A stretch of 64,000 bases of DNA from Chrysomallon squamiferum (GCA_012295275.1 CM022670.1:2852001-2916000); one strand, 5' to 3'; positions 14,416 to 35,212 are shown, counted from the first letter of the stretch. Numbers and translations are program-made. Notes: generated by a model from the letters alone, not told the origin.

Positions 14416-14720
14416 GTAAATAAAAGTATGGGACAGACTGATATGAATGGACGTTTAAAAGGCTGTTGTTAATTAGACAGTGTTATTGACTGATTGCCGT
14501 TTGATTGTTGTTTCGAAAGGAATTCTGTAATTTACTTAACTGTTATAGTTTGCAATAAAAAAAGTTATAAACCCAGAGAAGAATGTTTGTGTTAATTTTA
14601 TCTGCTGGATTTTGTTTGCTGTGTAATACATGTTACGTAACGCCCTAGCGCTGATTTGCCTATGGCTTTGTACAGTGACGTGAAGATTGTCGACAATGTT
14701 GTGCGAATTTGTTTTGTTTT

Positions 14721-14756
<36 letters not shown>

Positions 14757-14801
14757 TTTTATTTTATTTTAAAATTTATCATTATTATTTATTATTATTA
14801 C

Positions 14802-14841
<40 letters not shown>

Positions 14842-15388
14842 TCTCAACAGCAGCACTATAATTCTGTTTTAAATGTATTTAATTTATTTTTATCTTTACT
14901 TTTATCTTTATTTATTTGTTTTTGTTATTTATTTAATATTATTACTATTTTTTTGCTTGTTGTTGTTGTTGTTTTTAGCTTATATTCCTTAAAGTGTATC
15001 TGTGGTTCGGACAAATAACGTAATATAATTTTTCACGCATTCAACTTATTATTTTAGTGTTCCGATCAGGCCATCATCACACAATACATGACAGTGAAGT
15101 AATACTGTTTACAAAACACTAAATGCTTAGGGTTTTTTGGTAGTTTTTTTTGTTTGTTTTTTATCTCTACCAGTTTTGACCTCTTGCGTACAGAGTGTAT
15201 CCTCGTAGTATTTATCTGACAACATTAGAAAAACCTTTAAAAAACTGGTCCGCAATGTACGTGATGACGTAAAACTACAGAAATTTAAATCTTGTATAAT
15301 TCAGCTTTAAAGTATGCATAAGATATCTTTTAAATAAAATTATGCTAAGTAAAATGGAGTAATATATATATTTGTTTTAATAACATAT

Positions 15389-15424
<36 letters not shown>

Positions 15425-16622
15425 GACAACAGTCCTATAAGCTCTCTTATTCGCACGCTACGGTTCATTCATTGACACAAAAGCCCTTGCACAGTGATAT
15501 AGAAAAATAAACGTTGACAGAAAACAGCCAGTTTTATATTCTAATTTTTTTGTTCTTGTCATATAAAGACAAACTCTATGAGGGTTTGCTCCGGTCTTTA
15601 AGTTCAGTGACAGAGATAGTTTCTTTGTTAAGTACCGTTATAGAACTAAGTGCAAGAAATCATACAGAAAATTGAAAACTTTTTTGTTTCCGGACAAATC
15701 AGAACCAGATTAAACATTTGAAAAACAAACAGAGATTTAGCGAAATCCTGGATTTCTCTCGTCAATATTACGGTGTTGTTAAACACAATGATTTTAGTTT
15801 GGTTATTGTAAAACAAGCAAACAAAAAAATAATAATAATAAATAAAAAATAAAATAAAAAAAATCCACAAATGAATTAAGAGACAAAAACTTTCAGTAAC
15901 ATGAAAATGCTATTGTTTCTGGTCACATTTACTTTCTTTTTTCTTTTGATAATTAAAAAGTAAAATTTAACAAAAAAAAACAACAACTTCAAATTGTGAA
16001 AAGCTGCGCCATCCGGTTGTTGTGAAGTATTGACATAAGGAATGCTGCCTTGCTTTGGAAAATACACTTGAAGTGAAACTTTAACTACGGCAAAATGTTG
16101 CTTCCTGTGTCGTTGCTATTCTGATTCGATTTGCTTTTGTTTTTATTTTTTTAAATTTTGTTTATGTTGTATTTTTTCTTTAGATTTTTATGTCGTTATT
16201 ATTATTATTATTATTATTTTATTTTAATTATTATTATTATTATTACCAAAACACAATCTCACCATAGCACAAATCCACCAAAACACAATGCACCATAAAA
16301 CAAACCCACCATTACCCAATCTCACCATACGAACATTACGTATAGGAACTTATTATTTACCAAAACTGTCTGGAACTATTTCTGAATTGTTCATGCATCA
16401 TTGCAAAACGACAGTTATTTATTTCAATGCCAAACACTTCCTTGCACAACGACAAGGCAAAACTGAGCTTATCAGAGAAGAGTAATCAATAGGAATCCAG
16501 TGGAGAGAATAAGAATGCTGCAAAAATGGCAACAGCGTAACTATTTCACTTGACGAAAAGGAGGACTGCCACATCCGTGTTTCATTTTTTGAACTGCTTA
16601 AAATTTCTGTTACACGTTAAAA

Positions 16623-23347
<6,725 letters not shown>

Positions 23348-23926
23348 CGACGTATTTTTAATGAAGGAGTTTGCAAAATAAGACTACGAGATTTAACAGT
23401 CGAAAAATAAACAGCTACAACAGTAAAGTAAATTTTGTTGAAGGTAAATAACACCGTAACAATGTATAGCTGTTTTATATATACTTTTTTATTTTATATA
23501 TACATATATAGAAAAGAAAAGAAAGAAAAATTAAATCAAATGATTGAGAATTTAACATACATTATGGTAATAACAGAAAAATAACATATCTAACAAAGAC
23601 ACACGCGTTGTGAAACATTTTTTTTATTATTGCTGTATATTACCGTACAAAAGACAAGGGTGATTAACTGAAATTAACCTGCATTTTTACAGCTCAGTCA
23701 CTCCTTTTTGTTAATACTCATGATGGTCTTGTTTAACATGACAAAACGTAGATCTAGTACTGTGTGTTATTATTGCGGCGAACAGTCGCCAGAATTATAG
23801 TTTGTGTTACTGTTACCACTCTTACTGTATAGAACAACGAATGATAAAAAACATATTTAATTTATGTTTTAACTAGAAACATTCACACAAACGTACATAC
23901 ACGAAAAGGCTGTACAGGCACATATT

Positions 23927-23959
<33 letters not shown>

Positions 23960-24578
23960 GTTTCAAGAAATACAGGGTATATATTATGGTTTCAAGAAAT
24001 ACATTAAAAACAGTTTTTGTATATTCAAATCATTGCCTTATTTAATACGAAATTTGAAAACATTATACGTAGCCCAAAAGGCTGCACTAATATTGACTGC
24101 TATTCCCATATTCTGAGACGTTATTTTGTGATAACGCAACAGTGGATTTATAGTTCGGCCTCAACTGCACCTGTTCTCCCGTTAGTTAGGATACAGAGAG
24201 TCTGTTGTTACTTTTGCATTTTGAAATAAGAGAAAATGACAGCTTCCTTGCATTTTGTTAGGCTTGGTTAACTGTTAAAAAGACTGGTGTCTAAAAATGA
24301 ACATCCGTATTGTATATATCTGGATCAGGTAGATTTTTTTTTCCACAGGAATCTTTCCTTAACTAATTGTCGAATAAGGTGAAGAGAAAAATTTTGTACT
24401 CAGAATTTGCTCCGAGTATGACCTAAAACATAAAGAATGTTCAATATTTTAACATTTCTATTTTCATTCATATTTCGATCACTGGTACGAAATATCTGAT
24501 ATTTTTATCTCACAGAGTGAAACAAAATTAAACTGAATCACTGACGTTCGTGACAAACTATAATTTATGTTGTGCTCA

Positions 24579-24700
<122 letters not shown>

Positions 24701-24826
24701 CTAGTAACTGTATGAAATCCGAGTACTTCCAATAATCTGTCTAAAATGTCACACGTCACTTTTAACCTTGGTAATCCTGTTCATATGTACATATATATCT
24801 ATATAGACTCTCTCTCACATACACAT

Positions 24827-24864
<38 letters not shown>

Positions 24865-25204
24865 ACAAACAGACACACACACACAAACGCCTTTGTCTTA
24901 TTATTCAATCACTTTTTCTTTTTTTCGATTATTGTATTTCTGTAAATGTTCGCTTATGTAACAGTCTGTAGAAAGTATGAACAAGATATTATGTTACAAA
25001 ATAAAAATGGTTGAGTTTGAAAGAGATCTGCGTGTTATGTCAAACAGTGCATGGGTAGGTATGAACATGCATGTAGTAAGAAAGAAAAACAAAATTGTAT
25101 ATTTTTGACTACAACTCAAGACATATCAATACTAACGATCATTAAAAAAGTAATTTCTGTAATATAATGATTAGAAATGAAACAACAGAAGTCATATCTC
25201 CAGT

Positions 25205-25400
25205 CATTCCTATCGCTTAGCAGTAGCAAATATTTTATGCGAACCTTCCCCAAAACGGTAATGCACATTCCGCTGTTGTTTTTTTTATAAGCCAGTCATT
25301 GTCACACGTTGGAAATGGAAAACTGTTTTGTGTCTACTGAGGAAGATTGATCCTGCAACCTGTTACATTTCAAACCAGCGCTCTAACCACTCAGCTGTCT
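25205..25400 (-). mobile_element. Decayed tRNA-derived SINE
   Basis: The reverse complement starts AGCTGAGTGGTTAGAGCGCTGG (tRNA A-box-like). The body shares the TAGCAG(T/C)A..TTTTAT..CCTTCCC core with other copies in the window. Confidence 0.6.
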
Positions 25401-26159
25401 GGGACAGAGAATTTCTATTAGAAAGTTGAGAAAGATCTTCATTAAATATTGATAATCTTTCTCAGTCGACTCCCTGCTCACCTCCCCATCTAAATCCACA
25501 CACATATTTGAGAGGGGGCGTATGTGTCTGTGTGTCTGCGTGCGTGTGCGTGCGTGCGCACTTTCTGAAAAAAGAAAAATGCTTCATCATCCTACGGTCG
25601 ATGCACTTCTTATTAAGCAAGCATTGTTACATAACGCAATTAAAACAACATCCAGTCTACATTATATGTCTTCTTCCTGTCACGTCTTGTAATCATTTCT
25701 TGATATAAGTTCACTGTTTTTGTGCGCAGCGAATAATTAAAAAAAATTCTGTCCTTTATCCCGTTTAAAAATTGATTCTCTGAGAGCTTAATGCTTTTGT
25801 TGTGTTATTTGCTTTCAACACGTTTCAGAGCAGATATGGATTCGAATTTCGTTTCCTTCATGGAAATGAACTGGAAATCTACCAAAGTGCTGTAAGGTTT
25901 AGTTATTGAGCCTCAGTAAAAATCTATTCCCAAAATGTCTTTACGGAACCGATTGTCAAAAGGTTAATTATTATTACCTTATAATAAAAATATGTGAAAG
26001 ACATGGAAATAAATAATGACTTCGTTATTAATTATTAATGCAGTTGCTGCAGAAGACGTGAAAAAGACGAGTTTTCGATTGATAATATGTGTGTAGGGTT
26101 CACGGAATGTAAATTGATAACTGGCAATAAAATAAGAAAAAAATGTAATGTTTTTTCCT

Positions 26160-26670
26160 GTTAATACTGCTGCTGCTAGTATTACTATCGCTACTAATAT
26201 CACTACTAATACTACTTACAATAACAGTATTAGTCTAATACTAAACTACTTCTACTGTTACTACTACTATTATTACTAGCAGTACTAGTAGTAGTGGTAT
26301 TAATGCTACATTCATTATTATTACTATTATTATTGTTCTGGTACTGCTTCCATCAATGTCCACCACTCTTTCACTTGCTGTTAGTACTCTACTACTGTTG
26401 CTGTTCAATACTACAACTACTACAGTTACGACTGCCTTGACTTCTACTATTAATACTACTACAAATAGTATTCCGATTACTTCTGTTGTTATAAACTGTT
26501 AACTATTATTATTGATACTGTTACTTCTGCTTTCAGTGCAACTAACATTCTACGACTACTACTACTACTACTGCTGCTGTTGCTGCTGCTGTTGCTACTG
26601 ATATAAATACACTATAAATATTTCTATTACAACTACAAGGCTGATATTAATAAAATTAAACTACTGTTTA
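26160..26670. repeat. Degenerate (ACT)n low-complexity tract
   Basis: Imperfect ACT/ATT/GCT triplets over ~500 bp. Confidence 0.85.
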
Positions 26671-28336
26671 AATCTTTTCAGTATCGTGACTTACTTGAGA
26701 GGACAACCAAAATATTTTAAAATTTTAAAAAAATAAATAAAAAAAAAAATAATAAAAAAAGGAAATTAAAAATAATTATTTTTCTATGAAAATACAAAGC
26801 CCCTAACACAAAGAGCCGACTTCTAAAAGCAGACACAAATATAGCCACCAACCATGTATTATTACATGAAAAACAAGAGAACTGCATCTGTGCTTGGCTT
26901 TAAAACTGGCGGAAAGCAACACTGAACCGAGGTAATGAGTTGCCATAACAAATATTTAATTAAGTTGGCCTACTTTTTGAGAAAAGCGAGTGAATTTTCG
27001 CTCAGCCGCAGTAAAAAAAAAAGAATAAAAATAATCTTCTATAACCGTTCTCTTGTTTATTGTAGAAATAACGTTGAATCTTACGCCTTGCATCAATAAA
27101 TTGTTCAGTTTCATTACTTTATTTTTATTTATTTATTTTTACCTTCGGGAAATGTCGCAACACTCCTATGAGCCGATTCACGCCGCTTGGGGATGTCTGT
27201 GGTTTTAGATCAAAATAACATAATGAAATATTATTTCATGCAGCATTGAAGGGAAGAAATTGCGTATGTTCTCTACAGGCCTCACACAAACAAACAAACA
27301 AATACATAAAACAAAGCTACTAATAATGAAACTGTGTATTGTAATAATCAATCAAACTTCATTTGTAATAATCACTTGCACTCATTTGCCGTTATCTTCG
27401 GCGTGGTCTAATTAATTTTATTGCTTCTTTCTATTTAGTTATTTATTACTGATGTTATTTTTTTAATTTTTTTTTTTTTTTTCTGTTATTTAAATACAAG
27501 GATATTAAGGAGAATTTTTGTATTAATTTACTTGCCACAGTATAACAAGGCAATATGTAGTTTTAAATTAATTTAGCAAGTCTAGTGATGTGTATTTTGT
27601 TTTTAAATTTGTTTTAGCGTAGTCGGCACTCAAAACAAACACAGCCACAACAACGTTCACTCACGCGCTGAATTAAGCATGCTTTCCGCGTGTTTTTTCT
27701 TGTGTCGTTTTCTTTTTACTTTTTATTGACTGAGTTATTCCGTACTCATAATTTGACCAAGACTCTTGAGATTACAGGTTAGTGAAGATTTGTAATTTAT
27801 TAGAGTTAGAGGTAATGTCAACTTAACCATGTTAATGCCTGTTGTATCTTTTAACACCTATAGTCCATAACATTAGATGTGGTAGAAAAAGAAAAAGAAA
27901 AAGGAAAATGAAATCCTGCCGTGTTGGCGTTGAAATATCTACCGACATTGCTACAACAATTGTAATCGCTGTGCAAATAACGTAAAAAGAATGAGTCCAC
28001 CAGTACCTTGTACTTTGTCATTTCTTGAATAATGTTTCGCCATTACTCAGTCTGTAAGGAATTATTGTGTCGATTTACTGAAATTATCATTTATAATTTA
28101 TTGTAATAAAATACGTATCGCGAACCCAGATTAATAAATATTAAAAAGACAGACTAGCATTTAGATAAGCAAATAGATAGCTGAATGAAATCGTGACAGA
28201 CAAAGAGACGGTAATGCAACTGAATATAAACTAAACTGAAACATTTACAGAAGCAATGAAGATAAAGACACGATGATTCAGTATGTTATCAGTTCTCACA
28301 AAAATAAAAAATGAAAGTTTAAAAGTTAAACAAATA

Positions 28337-28410
<74 letters not shown>

Positions 28411-28647
28411 TAATAAAAATAAAGTAAATTAAAAAACATGAAAAAGAATTATCAAAAAATTAAATGAAAATATGACATCCCTTCTCTCACAAGATGCAAA
28501 CATGTATATATCGTTTGTTTATTATTATTGTTGAAGATGATGATGAAATTGTTGTTGTTGTCGTTCTTGTTACATTGTTATTAAAGATTTTAGAAGTATT
28601 ATTATTGGTAAACTGTAAGTCACATTTTTTAAGATAATACAAGACGC

Positions 28648-28805
<158 letters not shown>

Positions 28806-29455
28806 AAATTTAAAATTAAAAAATGAGATCGCAGAAAATGTCTTACATTTCCTGTAATGTATTGAATGATAATATTAAATGATTTTACGTACCAATAGTG
28901 GAACTAGTCACATAAAGAATACAATTTTATTAAATAATTTAGGGGAAGGATTTCCTATATTCAGTTTATATATAATTAGTATACGAATGTGTGAGTGCGT
29001 GCGTTAATGTTTATATATGAATGTATGTTTATATGTGTATGTATTTTTAACTGTATGTATGCATGTATAATTAAAATGATTGCACACTATGATTAGTAGT
29101 TTAACTTCAATATTATTAACGAACGTGTAATTTCCTATAAATTTATTATTCAGTTATTTCCTTTCGAGATAGTTTTGTAGTACATACATGTACTGTGTAA
29201 CTTTTTTAACAAATCTTTTTATTCATATTGGTTGAAATATTTTATTTAAACATTAAATGTAAAGTTATCTTTGGTTGCAGTTAGATATGTCATACTTGAA
29301 GCCATTTATCATATATAAATAAATTGGTAACAGATTCTTTATTTAATTTTCGTCCATTTAGAAAGTAATAAAAAAATTAACATTTATAAAAATAAAAGTT
29401 TTGTAGTCTTTGAAACAAAAAAAAAAAAAAAAAAAAAAACAACAACAACAACAAC

Positions 29456-29488
<33 letters not shown>

Positions 29489-29540
29489 TATTAATAATAA
29501 TCTAGTGAGTAAAGAAAATGATTCTAGACTTAGTGACCGT

Positions 29541-32500
29541 TCAAACTGGATTTGCTGCAGGATACGTCATCACCTTGTCTGGATCAAAATACGGCGGCAT
29601 CATGGATGTAGACGGAAGACTGTCGTTTGATCCATATATTGACCACGCTGCCGCGGCATCTGCAGCACTGAGGTCGATGAAGATGTCCACAGTGTTCTCG
29701 TCGTCGCCAGGCTTTGACGGCATCGCGTTTGTTGGCGGCAGCTTGTCATCCTTGTTGTCGTTGTCTTTATCTTTCCCTTTGTCACTGTCGTGCTTCCCTG
29801 AATTATTCTCGCCGTTTTCTTTCTTGCTCTTCGACAAACATTCTTTGCCATTTGATTTCTTATCTTTGTCCTTGTCTCCGTTTTCCTCCTTCTCGTCTTT
29901 ATCTTTTTCCTCCTCCTCTCCTTCCTCTGTCTTTTCCTCGTCCTCCGGAATGTCTCGTTCTACAACAAGATCCTTCACTGGCCAGTTTTGTTTGTATTCA
30001 CAAATGATCTCGTCAATCTGACCTTTGAAACTGATCGTCTTCAGACTCAGCTTCACGGACTTGGAGGACAGAACGTTTTTGAGCAGCATGGGAACGAAAC
30101 CTCCCGCCATCGTGGCTAACGTCTGGTTTGTTGACGACATTCGCGTGACGCTACCGAACGCCATCACGACTATCATCACGAACAAAAGGAAAATTACGAT
30201 AACGAGGAATTTCCCTGTAGCTCGGAGAAGATTCAAATACACCGGTCCAGGTGCTCCGTACACCTGAACCTCGCACAACCTTTTGAAGTACCTCAGAGGA
30301 ATCCTAGGTGTGTCAAAAGAATCCAGAAATAAAAGCAAATGCCCAATTTTCCAGGTAATTTCCCTTTTAGAAAAATTGAGCACTGTTTTGATGGGAGGCA
30401 CTTCGTCCACAGTTTTCACTTGAAACGCTGCGTTCTCCTGCATGCTGGACGGCAGGCTGGCGACTTTCTTCAGATCCTCAGACCTGTCGATCATATCGTC
30501 AATGATGGATTTGTTGAAGTCTAAATACGTGTTGTACACGTTGTTATAACAGTCGTGCATGTACACGAACACCAGCAACACCATGCTGACGTACTTGAGT
30601 GTGGCGCTCGCGTTCACGATGATCCCCATCATGGTGAACGCCATCACCTCCACCATCAACCCAAACGACTCTGCAACGACGAGAGCAACGGAGAAGAGGA
30701 TGGACAAACAAAATAGCCCACACAGTATTTGTAGTATGAGATTTCTGAACGAGTGGCACCCTTCAAATCCCACAGAAGTCGGAAAACAGCTTTCTCCGTC
30801 GCTTGGCGGGTCGTGACCATGAACCGATCTGTCCATGGCGGAAAGCTTCTTTCCAAGAACTTGAATCTTCTTCAGCTTCCGTCTTCGTTCTTCTTCTTCT
30901 TGAATATAATCTTCGCCGATTTGTTTTCTGGAGTGGTACAGCAATCTGAAAGATAAATATATTGTCGGAATGCAGTATATGGCCAGCAGAAGGATGGAGA
31001 AAGGTGACGTTATGATAATGTAACACGGAGCCAAAATAACTGCGAGCAGACCGCACTTTTTGAACGGCCACAGAATTACCCTGAGAATGACCTGCACCAC
31101 GCCAACCTGTGACACGTTCACCATGTCCTGCAGGGACGACCTTGTCACCTGCTTCAGTTTGTTTTTCACCGACTCGTCGGAGAACCCGAGAACGATTCCA
31201 GCGAGGAAATAGAAGCAGTACGTTGCAATGAACACTCCGTGTGTGGGGCTGTAGTACTGAATGACGTTGTTTCTGTAGAAATGATATCGACGATCCATTC
31301 CCAGAGCGGAAATAGCGTGATGTCGTTGAGTCATCTCCTCGTGTTCAAACTTGTAGTAGACAAGCAGTCGTATGTAGTACGGGAAGGGCAAAACAATTAA
31401 AAGAATCAGTTTTACGAGGGACTGAACACAAGAATGCCACGTTACCTTACGTCTGAATTTCGGTTCCATTGACGCGAAGATGCTACGATCACAACAGTCA
31501 TCAAAGGGACTGAGAGCTTTTATCTTACATCGACACAAATTGTCATACAACGTTCTCAGAAGACCTGTAGGAGGTTCATTCTGGGGAATAATTCTTTTTC
31601 CTTTCACTGTGATCCTCAACTCTTTCATTTTCAGAGGAATTATTTCGTCTTGAGGCATGCTGTCTATGGCTTCCCGAAAACGCCACCAGCTGGCAATCTC
31701 TTCCAGAGTCAAGCGTTTCTTGTATTTCACCTGAACATCGGGCTGCTCGGTAATGAAAATGTTGAGCTTCAGCTCTCTTTTGAGTTTCACTAAATATTCT
31801 GCTGCCACGTACATAGCACTGTACATGTCTGCGGGCAGCAGCAGAGGACAGAAACAAAACACTAACACCTTAACAATGCTAACAGAGATGTAGAGAATTG
31901 AAATCCACAAATCGTCGCTTTCATCCGAGCACTCGAACTCCCCGGACTGCGCTCTGTGACAACAGTTGAAAACAAACTCTGCGTAGCCGTCCACGTTCTT
32001 GATTATCTGATTGCAGGCGTAGTCCCGCCTGTCCGCGCCGTACTTGGGATCGTGGGCTGCGTCGAACTTGCCGACCAGAAGGTTTCTGATCCTCTGCATC
32101 CGCTGTTCCGCAGACAGCCGGCCGAAACAGCCGAAAGGTCGATCTGTGATGTTTATGTCCATTTTCTGAACGCCTATTTTCAAGATGGTCATCGACAAAA
32201 CGTCGTAGTTGAAAGAAAGCATGAGCAACGTGCGTCCGTGACGACTGCGAGTCCTGTACCAGCGATAGGGTTTGAAATTCTCGCTCACGTCCGTGTAGAG
32301 CGGGTCGTAAGTGTAGTTCAAAGTGCGAATGGTGAATTCAAACAGCACCACGTTTGTTTCTTTCTCCAGCTTCTCTATGTACTGCTCAAAGTCCGAATCG
32401 GTCGCAAACACTCTGCATCGCGATCTTTTTCTGTTAAAACCGTCTGTCTTGTTTCCTGAAGAATGTCTTATGGAATTAGTTTCCAGAACAGAATATTCCT

Positions 32501-32630
32501 TCATCGGTACGTTGTCTGCCGATAACGCTGCTGTGTTTGTCATCAGGGTGTCGGTTTCGTTGTTGCGCAGAGGTAACGTGCTCGGAAACATTCCAAGAAA
32601 GCTGAGACTTAAGAGCAGAGATCGAACCAT
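29541..32630 (-). CDS. Uncharacterised 1029-aa multi-pass membrane protein, single coding exon
   Basis: A 3090-nt uninterrupted ORF, visibly GC-richer than its flanks. It has an N-terminal signal-like segment, a Cys-containing ectodomain, about 7-9 hydrophobic helices and a charged low-complexity tail. A polypyrimidine tract + AG acceptor sits 116 nt upstream of the ATG (exon start 32746). Confidence 0.93.
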   Translation of the reverse strand: MVRSLLLSLSFLGMFPSTLPLRNNETDTLMTNTAALSADNVPMKEYSVLETNSIRHSSGNKTDGFNRKRSRCRVFATDSDFEQYIEKLEKETNVVLFEFTIRTLNYTYDPLYTDVSENFKPYRWYRTRSRHGRTLLMLSFNYDVLSMTILKIGVQKMDINITDRPFGCFGRLSAEQRMQRIRNLLVGKFDAAHDPKYGADRRDYACNQIIKNVDGYAEFVFNCCHRAQSGEFECSDESDDLWISILYISVSIVKVLVFCFCPLLLPADMYSAMYVAAEYLVKLKRELKLNIFITEQPDVQVKYKKRLTLEEIASWWRFREAIDSMPQDEIIPLKMKELRITVKGKRIIPQNEPPTGLLRTLYDNLCRCKIKALSPFDDCCDRSIFASMEPKFRRKVTWHSCVQSLVKLILLIVLPFPYYIRLLVYYKFEHEEMTQRHHAISALGMDRRYHFYRNNVIQYYSPTHGVFIATYCFYFLAGIVLGFSDESVKNKLKQVTRSSLQDMVNVSQVGVVQVILRVILWPFKKCGLLAVILAPCYIIITSPFSILLLAIYCIPTIYLSFRLLYHSRKQIGEDYIQEEEERRRKLKKIQVLGKKLSAMDRSVHGHDPPSDGESCFPTSVGFEGCHSFRNLILQILCGLFCLSILFSVALVVAESFGLMVEVMAFTMMGIIVNASATLKYVSMVLLVFVYMHDCYNNVYNTYLDFNKSIIDDMIDRSEDLKKVASLPSSMQENAAFQVKTVDEVPPIKTVLNFSKREITWKIGHLLLFLDSFDTPRIPLRYFKRLCEVQVYGAPGPVYLNLLRATGKFLVIVIFLLFVMIVVMAFGSVTRMSSTNQTLATMAGGFVPMLLKNVLSSKSVKLSLKTISFKGQIDEIICEYKQNWPVKDLVVERDIPEDEEKTEEGEEEEKDKDEKEENGDKDKDKKSNGKECLSKSKKENGENNSGKHDSDKGKDKDNDNKDDKLPPTNAMPSKPGDDENTVDIFIDLSAADAAAAWSIYGSNDSLPSTSMMPPYFDPDKVMTYPAANPV

Positions 32631-33637
32631 TTTGATTCCGAGCAGCAGGGCAGAAGAGTGAGGAAGAGATCAGTCACCAGATGTTACTGGAATTTTATCA
32701 AAATCACCATCGTATTCTGCTTCAGCCAGCATGATTCTCCCAGCATCTAAAAGACAGAAAAACAAATTTTAAATAAATAATAACTTGATTCTTATCAGCA
32801 CTAATTTTCAATAATTTTATTCTTAATGATAATAATTATTTTAAAATTATAATAAAATTAAAAGAACAGAAAATACGAGAACAGAAAATACCATTTTCAA
32901 GTATCTATTTCAGAACGCTATCAAATAAAAGAAAATGAAATTAGGAAACAGAAGCTTATTCACTTTATAACATGTATACTTTATAACAAATTTTCTTTGA
33001 AGTATATTAAAGAACGTTTTACATTGTAACTAGTACTGATATTACTTCTACTGTTACTACCACCACCACTACTACTACTACTGCTTCTACCATAACTAGT
33101 ACTTCTAGTACTAAATGTACTAAATCATTCAAAACCAAATACTAAATGTTTGCATTACCTAGTTTGCGAAAATAAAACTTAAATATTATAAATGGTAATT
33201 TGATATTTTGTTTCACCAGCCTGAAAAATTGTGCTTTCATACAGCTTAAAAATGATTGTATTTTCATTTCAAGATCGTATTCCTGTGTTCTTTTTTTGTC
33301 GTAGATTTAAAATATATATTGATATACGATTTGCTTTACTGGCTTGCCATAAAGAATAAAACACTTAGCCTTGAGCTTTGTAACAACAAAAAAGTATTTA
33401 ATGTGTGCAGAAGCGTAAGAAAAAAGCGTTACATACAGATTCATGAACATCTTTTGTAGTCATTCTGATCTATCAGCTGTGCGAGAAAGGATAGTTATTC
33501 AGATAAGTGGGAGTTTTTATAGAACTTGTAGGTCAGGTAGAATTACTAGTATAATAAGCAGATGGCTGTCTGCAAATTCTTAAGGCGTTCGTATAAAAAC
33601 ACGAACAAAATCGTGTTAATCATCATATTATATAGGT

Positions 33638-33960
<323 letters not shown>

Positions 33961-34264
33961 TACAGAACAAATAATTACATTCCGAATAAAAACCCGTATC
34001 TGTGTCAGTCTGAGTGGGCTACAGAACACACTCGCACTGACACCCACTATCCAGAATTCAAACTACCCACCCGTCACTGATCACCGTTATCTGAGTGGAC
34101 GTGGCCGACTTCATTTCTACACAAAAACGTGATGTCGCCACTTTCTTGGCGACCCATTAGCAGACAAACATTTTAAGGCATCCGCAAACAGTGATCCGTT
34201 CCTTAAACACCGGACAAAACAGAAACAAGAGTCAGACTTGACGCATCTCGACACATCCTCCTTC

Positions 34265-34297
34265 AAAATCTGAACCGCCAAATAGTTTTCTTTTATA
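34265..34297 (-). promoter_or_regulatory. Candidate TATA + Inr core promoter for the 1029-aa gene
   Basis: Minus strand TATAAAAG (34297-34290), then TCAGATT about 26 nt downstream, heading a CpG-rich segment (33980-34310). A possible weak donor gtaatt lies at 33978. Confidence 0.3.
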
Positions 34298-34525
34298 TGA
34301 CCACACGCCATAATTTATTTGAATATGAAATATAAGACTAAAAAAATGTACGTAGGCAGCAAAGATATGATTATGAATAGAGAACCCGCCTACTAAGCTT
34401 CCTATGACATTTAATCTTTCTTTTGTACATTTAATGGTGTTTTAACGAGGACGTGGTTATTTAGGAGTAGGATGAACTATGACGAGTGTTTGTAACTAAC
34501 TAAATAAATATTTATCTACGTGTGT

Positions 34526-34568
<43 letters not shown>

Positions 34569-34638
34569 TTTGCTTATTAATTAATTTATTTATTGATTAA
34601 TTTTTTTTTTTTTTTTATTCATTTTTGGGGAGGTGTAT

Positions 34639-34681
<43 letters not shown>

Positions 34682-35212
34682 TTTGTTTGTTTGTTTGTTT
34701 GTTTATTTACTTAATAAGTTAATTTTTTTCATTAGACTCAACAACGCTGTCTCATTTTAATTTCCTAAACTGGAAAACAAATTATATTTCATCACAAAAA
34801 TTAATACGTGTAGGCTATAATAAAATATATTTACGTTTTGCTGTATATGCGACAAATATATTAAATATAAAATACGTATTTACAAGGCCACATTAGTTAA
34901 AGAAACAAGTCACCCACGCACAGACAAACGAGTTACAGACGATCAAATCTGTACAAGGACACAAACATCATTACGCTTGTGTGGTTTCTGTGATTTTATT
35001 GAGCCATAATTTCTGTATAATCTGCTTCACAGTTTGCAGTATGAAAGATAATTTAGAATCCTGTTTGTTTTGTTTTATGAATCATCTTCATGCATCATGT
35101 GAAACGTCGATTTAAAAAAAGAAAAAGTAAAATGGTGCTTTTGGGGTGTGTACTCATTCAACATATACACACTCAAACACGCATAAACACATACAAATCT
35201 CTCTCTCTCTCT

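Noticed and set aside
25340-25400. tRNA gene
   Set aside because: Only an A-box-like arm survives with no complete cloverleaf, and it is continuous with a SINE body.
29518-32661. Multiple 60-167 aa ORFs overlapping the 1029-aa ORF on the opposite strand or in other frames
   Set aside because: These are shadow ORFs expected in a GC-richer coding region; no independent motifs or splice signals.
32670-32672. Selenocysteine or readthrough at the in-frame TGA upstream of the 1029-aa ORF
   Set aside because: The context TGA-TCT is not a typical readthrough motif, no SECIS is recognisable, and the downstream ATG begins a normal signal peptide.
34117-34311. 64-aa Cys-containing minus-strand ORF
   Set aside because: No recognisable domain, and its ATG lies upstream of the candidate TATA box; more likely promoter or UTR sequence.
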